64,000 nt of DNA from Deltaproteobacteria bacterium (lineage in GTDB: Bacteria; Desulfobacterota; Binatia; Binatales; Binataceae), in assembly GCA_021817345.1 (NCBI GenBank), contig JAKAVC010000134.1:4311-68310 (forward strand), read 5' to 3'. Below, piece after piece: positions 29,214 to 39,136 of this stretch (positions are counted from its first letter, which is position 1; each line of letters begins with the position of its first letter). The notes below the pieces were generated by a model. The model did not search any database, had not been told where the DNA came from, and saw only the letters and a program-made list of their open reading frames with translations. The translations under genes were made by a program, and so were the position numbers.

Positions 29214-31754
29214 TCATTCCTTCGCTACCACGGTATCGTAGAGCCCATAGTGGATTAGGCCCTCGTGGCTTTCGATTCCCGTATAGCGTAGTGACGCGTC
29301 TTCGTAGCGGCGAAAGGCAAAGACAGCCTGGTTCATTTGTTCGGTGTTGAAGACCTTCAGCTGTACGAGCAAATGGAAGTCGTTCACCGTCAGGCCGGTG
29401 ACGGCTAGAAACAAGTCCGGTTCGAGCTTGGTTATGACGTCCTGCAGCGTATTCTCGCGGAAGTCGGTCAGGTACATGAACGCGGGAATCCGAGTGGCAA
29501 ACTTGATCAGCTTCTCCTGCGCGAGCTTCCGCTTGGACTTGTACTCCTTCTCCTCCTCGGTGAGCTGTTTCTTCTCCTTCTCCGTAAGATCGTGGTCCCT
29601 GGCCTTGCTCTTGAGTTCCTTCACCTTCTCGCTCTTGTTGATAATGGTCTCGATGATGTTGTCGCCGAGCGCGCGCCAGCCCTCAATTCGCTCAACGGCG
29701 GCCATCGCCTCGGGGTTGTCCATGATGCGGCGCAGAGTGTCGTTATCTACGTTCACGAGCAGGGCGCTCTCCCACTTGCGTGCCAGCAGCGTGGCTGAGG
29801 TGCCCGCCATCGCGATGTCGAGAATGCCGCCCGCGTCGATCTGCGTCATATTCGCGCCGTCGTAGGCCAGCACGGGCAGAAACGAAACGAGGTCCTTGAC
29901 CGCGTTCTCCGGGTTCTGTTCGTTTGGCGACAGGCCGATCCCATAATCGGAGATCTGCCGCAGCGCGCGCGTGGGCGCGAAGTCAAACACGAAGCAGATA
30001 GGCTTGAGGATCTCCTCCTCGTTCGGGTTGTCGCCGTTGGGGTTCTTGATCGACCACGGCGACTGCACGCGGAACGCTGCCTGAAAGTACGTCTCCGGCG
30101 ACTTGAGGTTGCGTAGCATCAGAATGGATGACCACTGTGGCACCGTCACGCCGGTGGCGAGCTTGCCGCACGAGAGCGTGATGCTCTTGGTCTCGAAACC
30201 GCTTCCGATGGCCTTGCGCACGGGTGGTAATGCCTCCAGTCCAATTCCCGCCGAGGCGCCAGCGGCGACGACCACTTCGTAGTCGTGCCAGAAAGTGTTG
30301 TGCTTCTCGGCCAGCAGGTTTGACATCGCGTGGCAGGCCGCGACGTTGGGGAGGAACCAGAACGAGTGCTGCAGGTACGGCAGCAGGCGGACATCCGAAT
30401 ACGGAAACGGCGGCCGCGTGCCCGTCTTCAGATGCTCCATCACTTGGGGCGTGTACCCACCGCGGATGATGTCTAGCCACTTCTGCACGTCGCTCTTATG
30501 TTTGAATTGCGCTTTGGCGCCCCTGCCTGATGCCTCGAAGAACTCGTTGAGATCAAACTCGTCGAACTCCCCGGCGCTCGCGATTGCCAGCAGCTCGTCC
30601 GGCATCTGGTAAGTCAGCAACCGCATCTGCGGCAGCGCACCATAAGGATTCCACTTGCCGGGCTTCTTCGCGGCGAATTCCTGCTTGGCGCGCTGTTCGT
30701 CGGTGTAGGTCCAGTTGAAGATCTGTTCTTCGATGAATTCGCCCGTGGCCAGCGCTCTGAACGGTGTGCCCGAGAGGTAGAGATATGCCTTGGTCGTGAT
30801 GGGCAGAAAATCGGTCTCCTTCTCCGAAAGAACGCTGAGGTCTTCGTTCACATCCTCCAGCCCGGCCGCGTATTCAATATTGGCCTCTTTCTTTGCAACG
30901 GCCTCTTCTTCGCCTTCAAACAGTTCTTTGGCGGTCTCTCGCCAGGCGCCGAAATGGTATTCATCAAACACCACCAGGTCCCAGTTTACCGTGTGCAACC
31001 ATTCGTTCTTGGATTTGATATTTCCCGCCGCATCACGACCAAGGAGGTCCTGAAATGAGCCGAAGTACACAACCGGTTTGTGGCCGTCGATTTTGGTGGG
31101 ATCGCTGCCCGAGTTGCGCGAGAGGTACTGCCAGCCATCGAAGTCCACGTGATTTTCGATATCCGACTGCCACGCATCCTCGACGGCAGGCTTGAACGTG
31201 ACCACAAGGACGCGTTTGGCGCCAAGCTTCTTTGCTAGCTGGTAGGTGGTGAAGGTCTTTCCGAAGCGCATCTTCGCGTTCCAGAGGAAGCGCGGGACGG
31301 CGTGCATATCCTCCTTCCAAATCGAGTGGAAGTACGCGTGCGTCTTGTTTACAGCCTCCGCTTGCTCGCGGCGCATCGCGAATGTCTCGTGATGCGTACC
31401 GGTGAACCGCTGGCCGGTGCGCAACTCGGTGAGCACGGTCTTCACGTCCTTGACCGTGCAGCGCATCCACTCTAGCTCGCCGCTCTCAAAGCCCTTCTTA
31501 ATCAGGGCCGCGCGCACTTCGTAGTCAGTGAAGATGCTGCCGTCGTTGCGCTCAGCTCGTTCGTCCAGCTCGATCCTATAATTCTTGATGGCGGCGGTTT
31601 TGAGCTGCTCGGCTACGCGCTGCTTCACGTCGCGCGTGGTCTGGCCGACCTTGAGGAGGCCCGCGTGTGCGTCGTCGGCAATGGAGTAAGCGTAGATCCG
31701 CGGCCGGGCTTCCGGCTTGGGCGCAAGGATCTCCTCGATGGTCTTACTCATCAT
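29214..31754 (-). CDS. GIY-YIG/T5orf172-like nuclease fused to an SF2 helicase (restriction endonuclease-like subunit)
   Basis: N-terminal RIYAY..LLKVGQTTRDVKQRV; Walker A variant AKMRFGKT; DEYH; LSGTP; motif VI-like YFQAAFRVQ. Confidence 0.82.
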   Translation of the reverse strand: MMSKTIEEILAPKPEARPRIYAYSIADDAHAGLLKVGQTTRDVKQRVAEQLKTAAIKNYRIELDERAERNDGSIFTDYEVRAALIKKGFESGELEWMRCTVKDVKTVLTELRTGQRFTGTHHETFAMRREQAEAVNKTHAYFHSIWKEDMHAVPRFLWNAKMRFGKTFTTYQLAKKLGAKRVLVVTFKPAVEDAWQSDIENHVDFDGWQYLSRNSGSDPTKIDGHKPVVYFGSFQDLLGRDAAGNIKSKNEWLHTVNWDLVVFDEYHFGAWRETAKELFEGEEEAVAKKEANIEYAAGLEDVNEDLSVLSEKETDFLPITTKAYLYLSGTPFRALATGEFIEEQIFNWTYTDEQRAKQEFAAKKPGKWNPYGALPQMRLLTYQMPDELLAIASAGEFDEFDLNEFFEASGRGAKAQFKHKSDVQKWLDIIRGGYTPQVMEHLKTGTRPPFPYSDVRLLPYLQHSFWFLPNVAACHAMSNLLAEKHNTFWHDYEVVVAAGASAGIGLEALPPVRKAIGSGFETKSITLSCGKLATGVTVPQWSSILMLRNLKSPETYFQAAFRVQSPWSIKNPNGDNPNEEEILKPICFVFDFAPTRALRQISDYGIGLSPNEQNPENAVKDLVSFLPVLAYDGANMTQIDAGGILDIAMAGTSATLLARKWESALLVNVDNDTLRRIMDNPEAMAAVERIEGWRALGDNIIETIINKSEKVKELKSKARDHDLTEKEKKQLTEEEKEYKSKRKLAQEKLIKFATRIPAFMYLTDFRENTLQDVITKLEPDLFLAVTGLTVNDFHLLVQLKVFNTEQMNQAVFAFRRYEDASLRYTGIESHEGLIHYGLYDTVVAKE

Positions 31755-33363
31755 CTACTTCCATCGGCCGAATCAACTTCTCGATGTAGGCGATCTCGTC
31801 ATTCGTAAGCCCGTACTTCGCGTAAAGCTTCTTGTCCGTCCACGCCCTCGAAAAGTCTTGGAGCGGTACGAACGAGTAGGCCGAGCGTGAGAGGTCCTGC
31901 GCAGATGACCGCGCAGCAATGAGAAACCGGAAGAATCTCGTGACAACATACGAAAAACAGTTCCGCGCTTCCGTCTCAGTGTCGTAAGCGCCCAGCAGTA
32001 TGTATGTCTCGGTCACAACAGATCCGGGTGGGATGACACCGGACAGTGAGAGCACACGCCGCTGACCGTTCCTGTCAACCTGACCAGCGTGCTCTGATGA
32101 CGACTTGGACGTGAAGACCTTCCACTTATCAACTAGATCCCGGCCGACTGTTACTTCGGATCTGGACGTCCAAGCGCGCCCTCCATTTTGGAGGACAAGA
32201 ATGTCGTGCTTTGATGATCTCTTCTCAGATCCTCGAAAGAAGGTGCGCAATCCAAATGGCTTCTGCGAACTGACCTGCCTTTCGAAGCGCTTCGCCTCGG
32301 GGAGGCACAGTGACGTTGAGCCGGTCTCTACTGCCGTCACTTTCCGGAGAATTGAAAGCGCACGGCTGCTTCGAATGAATACTTCAGCACCTTCTTCTAG
32401 GAGCGGACGCACGGTTTCTGACGATTCTGACCCGTTCTCAAATTCAACTATGCGGCAATCTCCAGGATTGTCTCTGTCCCACAGGAAGTAGCAAACACCG
32501 CCTGCAACATCCACGCTTGGGAAAACCTGCCGGCTGTCCGGGTAGTCAACGAGCTTTCTAATCCGGTTGTCGGTAAGCATCGACTGGCGGAACTCGTCCA
32601 GGCCGCGGCCACCAAAGAGCCAGCGAGACGGGATAACCATCGTCAAGAAGCGCGGCTCAAGCGCCTTCGCTTGCTCCACAAATCTGTTGTAGATGGGAAT
32701 GGCACTCGCGCCGAATCCGCCATCATCCAACTGATACGGTGGGTTCCCGATGATCACATCGAACTGCATATTGTCTCCAAACAGTTCGGTTACCCGAATC
32801 TTGATGTCGTTGGTGTGGATGAACGCATACGCGTGGGTTTCGAGACCTCCGCCGCGGTCAAGGGTTTTCTTGCTGGCACCGCAATACTCGCACCTGTCAT
32901 CAATCCACGCATGCTCGACGCGGTCGAACCAGACGTTGCCACTGTCGTTGGCGAAGGACTTGGCAATGGAGTGCTTGCCGTTTGCATGCTTCGAGCAATA
33001 CACACTCCGCCGCGCAAGCAGACTCGTGAGCCGAGTGATGCCGATGCCGAACACCTGCTTTGTGAGAATGTGATCGACGCGCTCTTGCAGGTCGGGAATC
33101 TCGGCCTCCAATCCCTTGGTAAGCCGGCTGGTGATTTCGCGCAGGAACACACCCGACTTTGTGCACGGATCGAGGAACCTCACTGTCTTGTCCGCCCAGA
33201 GGCTCGCGCCACTGTGGTCGGCAGCCCACGCCTCGGCCAGCGTGTCCAGCATTCGGTTCGCGAGCTCAGGCGGCGTAAACACCTCGTCGTTCGAGAGGTT
33301 CGCAATGCATGTTAGTACATCCGGGTTGCGGCCACGCAGCGCAAACGCCGCCCGAGCGCTCAT
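31744..33363 (-). CDS. N6-adenine DNA methyltransferase (Eco57I-like) with C-terminal target-recognition region
   Basis: Motifs EVFTPP, degenerate motif I FLDPCTKSG and catalytic FDVIIGNPPY. Confidence 0.85.
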   Translation of the reverse strand: MSARAAFALRGRNPDVLTCIANLSNDEVFTPPELANRMLDTLAEAWAADHSGASLWADKTVRFLDPCTKSGVFLREITSRLTKGLEAEIPDLQERVDHILTKQVFGIGITRLTSLLARRSVYCSKHANGKHSIAKSFANDSGNVWFDRVEHAWIDDRCEYCGASKKTLDRGGGLETHAYAFIHTNDIKIRVTELFGDNMQFDVIIGNPPYQLDDGGFGASAIPIYNRFVEQAKALEPRFLTMVIPSRWLFGGRGLDEFRQSMLTDNRIRKLVDYPDSRQVFPSVDVAGGVCYFLWDRDNPGDCRIVEFENGSESSETVRPLLEEGAEVFIRSSRALSILRKVTAVETGSTSLCLPEAKRFERQVSSQKPFGLRTFFRGSEKRSSKHDILVLQNGGRAWTSRSEVTVGRDLVDKWKVFTSKSSSEHAGQVDRNGQRRVLSLSGVIPPGSVVTETYILLGAYDTETEARNCFSYVVTRFFRFLIAARSSAQDLSRSAYSFVPLQDFSRAWTDKKLYAKYGLTNDEIAYIEKLIRPMEVDDE

Positions 33364-34016
33364 ACGGCCTCCTTCGAGGACTCGCCAGGCGTGGCAGCGG
33401 CCAGCTCGCTCACGGTCACCGGCGGGTAGGTCTTCGTCGGCTTGAAGATCTCGTGCTTCCCGAGGTGGGCGAATAGCGAGTCCTCCGCACTGAAGGCCGA
33501 CGAAAGGGTGAGGGTGTCGAGGCGAAAATCGCGCCGCTGGAATTTGCCCTTACCAAGATAGCCCCACTCGGCAAAGGTGATCGGCTTGCCGTCGCTGGTG
33601 CGCATCGTCAAGGCGTCACCGTGAACGAGGTTCTGCGTGAGCACGTAAAAAGCGGCCCGATAGAGGTCGTCTGATTCCTTGAGGTTCAGGTAGTCAGCGA
33701 GAATCTCCAGCATATTCGCCCGGCATTCGGCGATGTTGTCCTCTAGGAGCTCGATCCCGTAGGTGCACATCAAAGCGAGAAGCGCGTAGTGCCGCCTTTC
33801 AAAGTCGGACCTCCCGAACTTGAGTTCGACGGCGGCAAGCTTGCGCTGCAGGATGCGGACGAGGAAGTTTCCACTCCCACAGGCCGGCTCCAGGAAGCGG
33901 GAGTCGATGCGCTCGGTTTCGTCCTTGACGAGGTCGAGCATCGCTTCGACCATCCAACGGGGAGTGAACACCTCCCCATGGTCGGCGACGCGTTTCTTCG
34001 ACTTGATCTGGTTCAT
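33360..34016 (-). CDS. small SAM-binding DNA methyltransferase-like subunit
   Basis: Motifs HGEVFTP, motif I FLEPACGSGNFL, YGIEL and VHGDAL; no NPPY/DPPY motif. Confidence 0.8.
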   Translation of the reverse strand: MNQIKSKKRVADHGEVFTPRWMVEAMLDLVKDETERIDSRFLEPACGSGNFLVRILQRKLAAVELKFGRSDFERRHYALLALMCTYGIELLEDNIAECRANMLEILADYLNLKESDDLYRAAFYVLTQNLVHGDALTMRTSDGKPITFAEWGYLGKGKFQRRDFRLDTLTLSSAFSAEDSLFAHLGKHEIFKPTKTYPPVTVSELAAATPGESSKEAV

Positions 34017-34359
34017 AAGTCAAATGCCCGGCTCGCGTCGGGACTGCCGATTGTCTGACGTACAGAAATAATTATCCTGCGCGCTTTGGCCCCCACAACC
34101 CTACCTCGACATCGACACCGCATGTCAGCTAGGCTTCGTTCGAGCTAGACGAACGTAGCGTACCTCGCTCGATCAATCGGACAAACTTCTTATAGTTGTG
34201 ATGATCCCGCTGCCACCTTCCGGCCACCGGGGTGTCGCCCACCGCGTTCCCCATTGGTCAGCCGCTGTCGCGCGCGCAGGACGAATTCCTGGCTCGCGAT
34301 GCTCTATTGGTTTCGCGATTGAGAGCGGCGGGCGAGGGACGTTCCAGGCGCGCATAGAT

Positions 34360-34401
34360 CGCAACCGCCTCAAGATACTTTCGGCAATTCGAAACGCCGA
34401 A
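34360..34401 (+). repeat. 42-bp imperfect direct repeat, copy 2 (orphan tag fragment)
   Basis: CGCAACCGCCTCAAGATACTTTCGGCAATTCGAAACGCCGAA encodes the same peptide RNRLKILSAIRNAE as tag. Confidence 0.9.
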
Positions 34402-34482
34402 ACCTCAAGCCGGTCTCGCAGTAATTGTTAGGCTGCGATAGCTGTTGGTAAAGCCGTATGCACGGGAGGAAGAATTGGTGGC

Positions 34483-35709
34483 ATGAGCGACAATCTGCCT
34501 TTGGACGGGATGCGCGTGGTCGAGCTTGGAGAAGGGATCAGCGCCGCGTTCTGTACGCGGATGCTGGCGGGCCTCGGTGCTGAGGTATGGAAAATCGAGC
34601 AGCCGGGACGGGGCGACCGTGCCAGGCGCACACCCGACCTCGACGGCACTGAATGTGACAGTGAAGCCAATCCGCTGTTTCTGTATCTGAACACCGGCAA
34701 GAAGAGCGTCACGCTCGACCTGCACGATCAGCGCGGGCGCGATCTGCTTATGGCGCTGGTGGCGAAGGCCGACTGCGTGGTCGAAAATATGCTGCCGCGC
34801 GAATGGGCCGCGCTCGGCATGGAACCGGGGCGGCTGCGAGCCCAAAAGCCCGCTCTGGTCGTCACCTCGATAACTCCATTCGGCCAGACCGGCCCGTATC
34901 GCGATTTCGAGGCGACCAATCTGATTGAGTTTGCGATGGGCGGCCAGATGGCGTTGACGGGTGAGCCCTCGCGCGAGCCGCTGGTAAATGGCGGGTCCCA
35001 GGCCGAGTATCAGGGTGGGCTTCACGCGCTGCCCGGGACACTTGCCGCGCTGGCGCGGGCGAGCGCGACCGGCCAGGGCGAGCATCTGGATATTTCCATC
35101 GTCGAGTGCCAGGCAAGCACGCTGGAAACAGCCAATCCCGCCACGGTTGCTCTGGATTCGCCCACCTCGAATCAATGGAAAACGCGGCGCGGCAATATCA
35201 TTTCGGCCACCTGGGCGCTTTACCAGGCCGCCGACGGATACGCGGGGCTGTACTACCTGCCGCGTCAGTATCCCAAGGTGTTCGACCTGATCGGACAGCC
35301 GGAACTGCTTCAAGACGACCGATTCAAGGATCCGCAAACGGCGCTCCAGACCAATGATGAGCTGGTCGCGATAATCAGTGGATATTTCCTCGAGCATGGC
35401 AAATTCGAATTGTTCGAACGCGCGGCCAGCCAGAGGGGATGCGTGGGCTTTGTCGCCTCGATACCCGAGGCGCTGAGTTCGCCGCAGGAAGCCGCGCGCA
35501 ATTTCTTCGCCCGTGTCACCCATCCGCGCGCCGGGACCTACACTGAACCTACGGCTCCGTGGATTCTCAATGACGGGGAGCGCGACCTTCAGTTTCGCAT
35601 CGCCGGTCCGGCGCCGCTGCTCGGTGAGCATACCGCCGAGGTGCTGGCCGCGGAACTCGGCCTCCTGGACGCAAAACTCCAAGAACTCTCGCAGGCAGGG
35701 ATTATCTGA
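34483..35709 (+). CDS. class III CoA-transferase (CaiB/BaiF family), subunit 1
   Basis: Motifs PLDGMRVVEL, GAEVWKIEQP, LNTGKKSVTLDL, FGQTGPY and APLLGEHT. Confidence 0.92.
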   Translation: MSDNLPLDGMRVVELGEGISAAFCTRMLAGLGAEVWKIEQPGRGDRARRTPDLDGTECDSEANPLFLYLNTGKKSVTLDLHDQRGRDLLMALVAKADCVVENMLPREWAALGMEPGRLRAQKPALVVTSITPFGQTGPYRDFEATNLIEFAMGGQMALTGEPSREPLVNGGSQAEYQGGLHALPGTLAALARASATGQGEHLDISIVECQASTLETANPATVALDSPTSNQWKTRRGNIISATWALYQAADGYAGLYYLPRQYPKVFDLIGQPELLQDDRFKDPQTALQTNDELVAIISGYFLEHGKFELFERAASQRGCVGFVASIPEALSSPQEAARNFFARVTHPRAGTYTEPTAPWILNDGERDLQFRIAGPAPLLGEHTAEVLAAELGLLDAKLQELSQAGII

Positions 35710-35712
35710 CCG

Positions 35713-36966
35713 ATGGCTAAATCAGGACTTCCGCTTGAAGGAATACGGGTTCTCGATCTGACCCAGGCGTGGGCCGGACCAATGGCGACCAAGACGCTCG
35801 CCGATCTCGGCGCCGAGGTAATAAAGATCGAAGCACCCGGTCATCACGACTTTATCCGGGATTTCTTCGACAAGGACACGGCACCGCCGCGACCGTACAA
35901 CGCGAGCGGCTATTTCAACGAAATCAATCGCAACAAGCTCGGGGTGGCGATCGAATTCACACGCCCCGAAGGTCGCGAGCTGATACTGGCGCTGGCGGAG
36001 CATTGCGACGTCATGATCGACAACTCGCGCCCGGGGGTGCTCAAGACCCTCGGTCTCGACGAGCCGGCTGTACGGCGGCGAAATCCGAACATGATCATTG
36101 CCTCGATGCCGGGTTATGGCGGGCGTGGTCCGCAGAGCGACTATTCAGTGTACGGCCCCGCGATGGAGCATACCGCGGGTCTCACCTCGTTTACCGGCTA
36201 CCTCGATTCAACTCCGCAGAAAACCGGCATCAGCTACGGCGACCCGGTTGGCGGTATCTCGGCTGCCTCCGCCATCATTGCGGCGATTCTGTATCGGCGC
36301 CGCACGGGCAAGGGCGTCACGATCGATGTCTCCCAGCGTGAAGGACTCGAAGCCCTGATTGGCGAGGCGCTGGTCAGCTATTCTCTTTACGGCCGCGAAC
36401 CGCAGCGCCAGGGTAATCGCAATGCCTCAATGTCTCCGCATGGCGTGTTCCCGACGATAGGGCGCGCGGCAGGGGCCGATCATTGGATTGCGATCGCGGT
36501 ACGGAACGACGAGGAATTCGCGCGCCTCGCCCGTCTGATGGGCGATCCGCCGTGGGCCCGCGAATTTAAAACCCTGGCCGAACGCAAGCGGCGCGAAGAC
36601 GAGCTCGAAGAGCACATCGCGCAGTGGACGATTCGCTTTGAACGCTATGAACTGATGCATCGGCTCCAGGCCGCGGGAATTCCCGCCGGCGTGGTCCTGA
36701 GCCCGCGCGACCTGCTGAGCGACCCTCATTTCAAGGCGCGCAACTTTCATCCTCTCGTCAACCATCCCGATCACGGCAAGCAACCGGTCAGCGCGCCCGT
36801 CTTCCGCGCCAGTGAGACACCTATGGGCATCAGGCTTCCGGCGCCGTGCTTCGGCCAGCATACCCGCGAGGTTCTTGGGCGGCTGCTCGGCTTGACCGAC
36901 GCGCAGATCGAGGATTTGCAGGGAAAGGGGATAATTTCCGACATGCCAAGCGTGTATCGGGGCTGA
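35713..36966 (+). CDS. class III CoA-transferase (CaiB/BaiF family), subunit 2
   Basis: Motifs PLEGIRVLDLT, LADLGAEVIKIE, NRNKLGV, catalytic-position Asp in SYGDPVGG and APCFGQHT. Confidence 0.93.
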   Translation: MAKSGLPLEGIRVLDLTQAWAGPMATKTLADLGAEVIKIEAPGHHDFIRDFFDKDTAPPRPYNASGYFNEINRNKLGVAIEFTRPEGRELILALAEHCDVMIDNSRPGVLKTLGLDEPAVRRRNPNMIIASMPGYGGRGPQSDYSVYGPAMEHTAGLTSFTGYLDSTPQKTGISYGDPVGGISAASAIIAAILYRRRTGKGVTIDVSQREGLEALIGEALVSYSLYGREPQRQGNRNASMSPHGVFPTIGRAAGADHWIAIAVRNDEEFARLARLMGDPPWAREFKTLAERKRREDELEEHIAQWTIRFERYELMHRLQAAGIPAGVVLSPRDLLSDPHFKARNFHPLVNHPDHGKQPVSAPVFRASETPMGIRLPAPCFGQHTREVLGRLLGLTDAQIEDLQGKGIISDMPSVYRG

Positions 36967-37146
36967 CCTGCGTAGGAAAATAGGGTGTGATAGCGGGCGC
37001 CTTCTAAAGTCCAGGGGAGATGCGTCTGGCCACTCGATACGGGTAAGGCCAGCCCAGCGCCCGTAGGCCAATAGCTATCCGCACCGCGACGGCTGGTATC
37101 GTGCTTTCTCTCTGCAACTCCAGACACAGGGGGCGGACCTGTTCCC

Positions 37147-39003
37147 CTACGGTGAACTGCCCAGTGGTTTGCGTTCCTGGTCCGAGCCATCGAGATAGTA
37201 GCGAGCGCCAAGGCGCGTGAAGCGGAGCGTGCTGATCGCCTCGACGCCCTGAAGCGTGAGCCGCGTCGTCATCACGACCGTCCGCGCCACGCCCGGCGCG
37301 CGCCTGCCCGTCTCCATCGCTTCCACAAGGGGACGGCCCGCCGCGTAAAGACCGCCCGGTCCGATATTGGGCATGAGCCCGAGCAGCTTCGTGACCGTCG
37401 GCGCTATATCGATGTTCCCGCTCGGATACGGATCGACAAAATGGGGGCGAAAGTCGGGACCGAGCGCCGCGCAGAAATTATGCACCTCGCGCGGGCCTAG
37501 CGCGCCGTGCATCCCCATCCCGGTCGTGAATCCGCGTGCGTCGGCGTAGATGACGCCTTCCACAGGATGCACCAGCGGCTCGGAGCGGTTCTTGACCGTA
37601 TGCTGCCCTTTCGCGCCGATTGAAAACGCGAGCCGTAGCGGCCCGGTAAGCTGGCGATTGTCAACGTCGGGCAGCTCGCGGAAGGAGATCACGAGATCGG
37701 GCGCGCGGTTGGGACTCAGTATTCCCGCCGACGCCTCGCTGAAAGTGCCGTCGATCCACCCCTGGTACGGCTTCACGCCGTGCACTCCGGGCTCGCCAAG
37801 GGCGGAGAGGTGCGAGAAGATAACGCCGCACCATTCCTGGGCCTCGGCGAAGTTGACGATTTTCTGCAGTTCCGCGCGACGCTCGGCCTGGGTCGGAAAA
37901 TCGTCGCGCGAAAGATAGACGAGATCGCTGCCGCCGTTTCGCGCGATCACGACGTCGTCACTTGAGACCGATTTCTTGATTCCCGCCGCCGCGAGCATTC
38001 CGTTCAGGTCGATTGTGAGGCGAATCGTCGCAAATCCATGGTCGGAGACGACGATCAGGTCGGTATGACTGTCCATCCCGGCCGCGTGGACAGCCGCGCG
38101 CAGCCGGCCGAGGTTGTTGTCGCAGTTTTTGAGCGCCGCGAGCGCGGCAGCCGTGCCCAGCCCCGCAATATGCTGGGTGATGTCGGGATTATGGAGCCAC
38201 AGCACGATCATCGCCGGACGTCCGGCGAGCACGGCGCTTCGCGCGGCGGCAATCGCGCGCTCGTCAACGATTTTCGTGAAATAATCGTCGCGCGCCGCGT
38301 AGAGAACCCCATCGCGGCGCCCCGCCGGCGGCATCGCGGCCTTGATTTCGTGTGCTATCGCTTGCGGCTCGATGATGCTGTCAGTGGCGAACAGGTAATC
38401 CGTGTGCGGCGCCATCAGTGAGTCGCGCCCGTTCTTCACCGAGGCGACTCGATTGTCCCATAGGAACGCCGGCCCCTGCTTGCCGACGACCGCCAGATAG
38501 CCGCCCTCGCGCGCGACCTCCTGCGCAACCGTGTCGAGCCCCAGCAGGCGACCCGCGAAACCCTTGGGCGCGTTCAGCCGCGCAAGCATCGGCGCGTCTT
38601 CCAGCCTGAGCGGACGACTCAGCAGTGCGCGCAAACGCGGTGCGGAGAGTATAGGCGCGTCCGCGCGCGCGAGCGCCGGCGCAAGATACATCGAGTCGCC
38701 CAATATCCCCGTCTGACCGGGCCTCGCGCCCGTGGCAAGGGCGGCCGCGTTCACCATCGTGACCGTCGGATAGAGCGCGTGGCTATGCGCGAAGTCCACG
38801 CCCTCGTGTTCCATCGCGTAAAGGTTCGGAGTTTCGGCCCGCGTGACGAAATCCGGCCGAAGCCCGTCCCATACCATCACGATTACGAGCCGGGCCGGCT
38901 GATTTTTCGCACCGATGGCGGCCGGGAGCGTCGCCGAAGCGAGAACCAGGATTGCGCTGAGCGCGCTGAGCAGAGCCGTTCGAAGTCTCATATCATCGGT
39001 CAC
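37147..39003 (-). CDS. exported alkaline phosphatase superfamily protein (nucleotide pyrophosphatase/phosphodiesterase-like)
   Basis: Signal peptide; motifs VWDGLRPD, YPTVTMVN (Thr nucleophile), PDITQH, VVSDHG and GMHG. Confidence 0.87.
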   Translation of the reverse strand: MTDDMRLRTALLSALSAILVLASATLPAAIGAKNQPARLVIVMVWDGLRPDFVTRAETPNLYAMEHEGVDFAHSHALYPTVTMVNAAALATGARPGQTGILGDSMYLAPALARADAPILSAPRLRALLSRPLRLEDAPMLARLNAPKGFAGRLLGLDTVAQEVAREGGYLAVVGKQGPAFLWDNRVASVKNGRDSLMAPHTDYLFATDSIIEPQAIAHEIKAAMPPAGRRDGVLYAARDDYFTKIVDERAIAAARSAVLAGRPAMIVLWLHNPDITQHIAGLGTAAALAALKNCDNNLGRLRAAVHAAGMDSHTDLIVVSDHGFATIRLTIDLNGMLAAAGIKKSVSSDDVVIARNGGSDLVYLSRDDFPTQAERRAELQKIVNFAEAQEWCGVIFSHLSALGEPGVHGVKPYQGWIDGTFSEASAGILSPNRAPDLVISFRELPDVDNRQLTGPLRLAFSIGAKGQHTVKNRSEPLVHPVEGVIYADARGFTTGMGMHGALGPREVHNFCAALGPDFRPHFVDPYPSGNIDIAPTVTKLLGLMPNIGPGGLYAAGRPLVEAMETGRRAPGVARTVVMTTRLTLQGVEAISTLRFTRLGARYYLDGSDQERKPLGSSP

Positions 39004-39136
39004 TTAATCGGTAGCGGCCGACGGATGCAATTCAAGCCGCGATCGAACAGCAAGCGGAGCGGGGCGAAGACCGCGATGCGGCCGTGCAAGCGCGGTCGCG
39101 ATTTGGTAGTTTCCGACCGACCGGGAGGAAGTTCGC

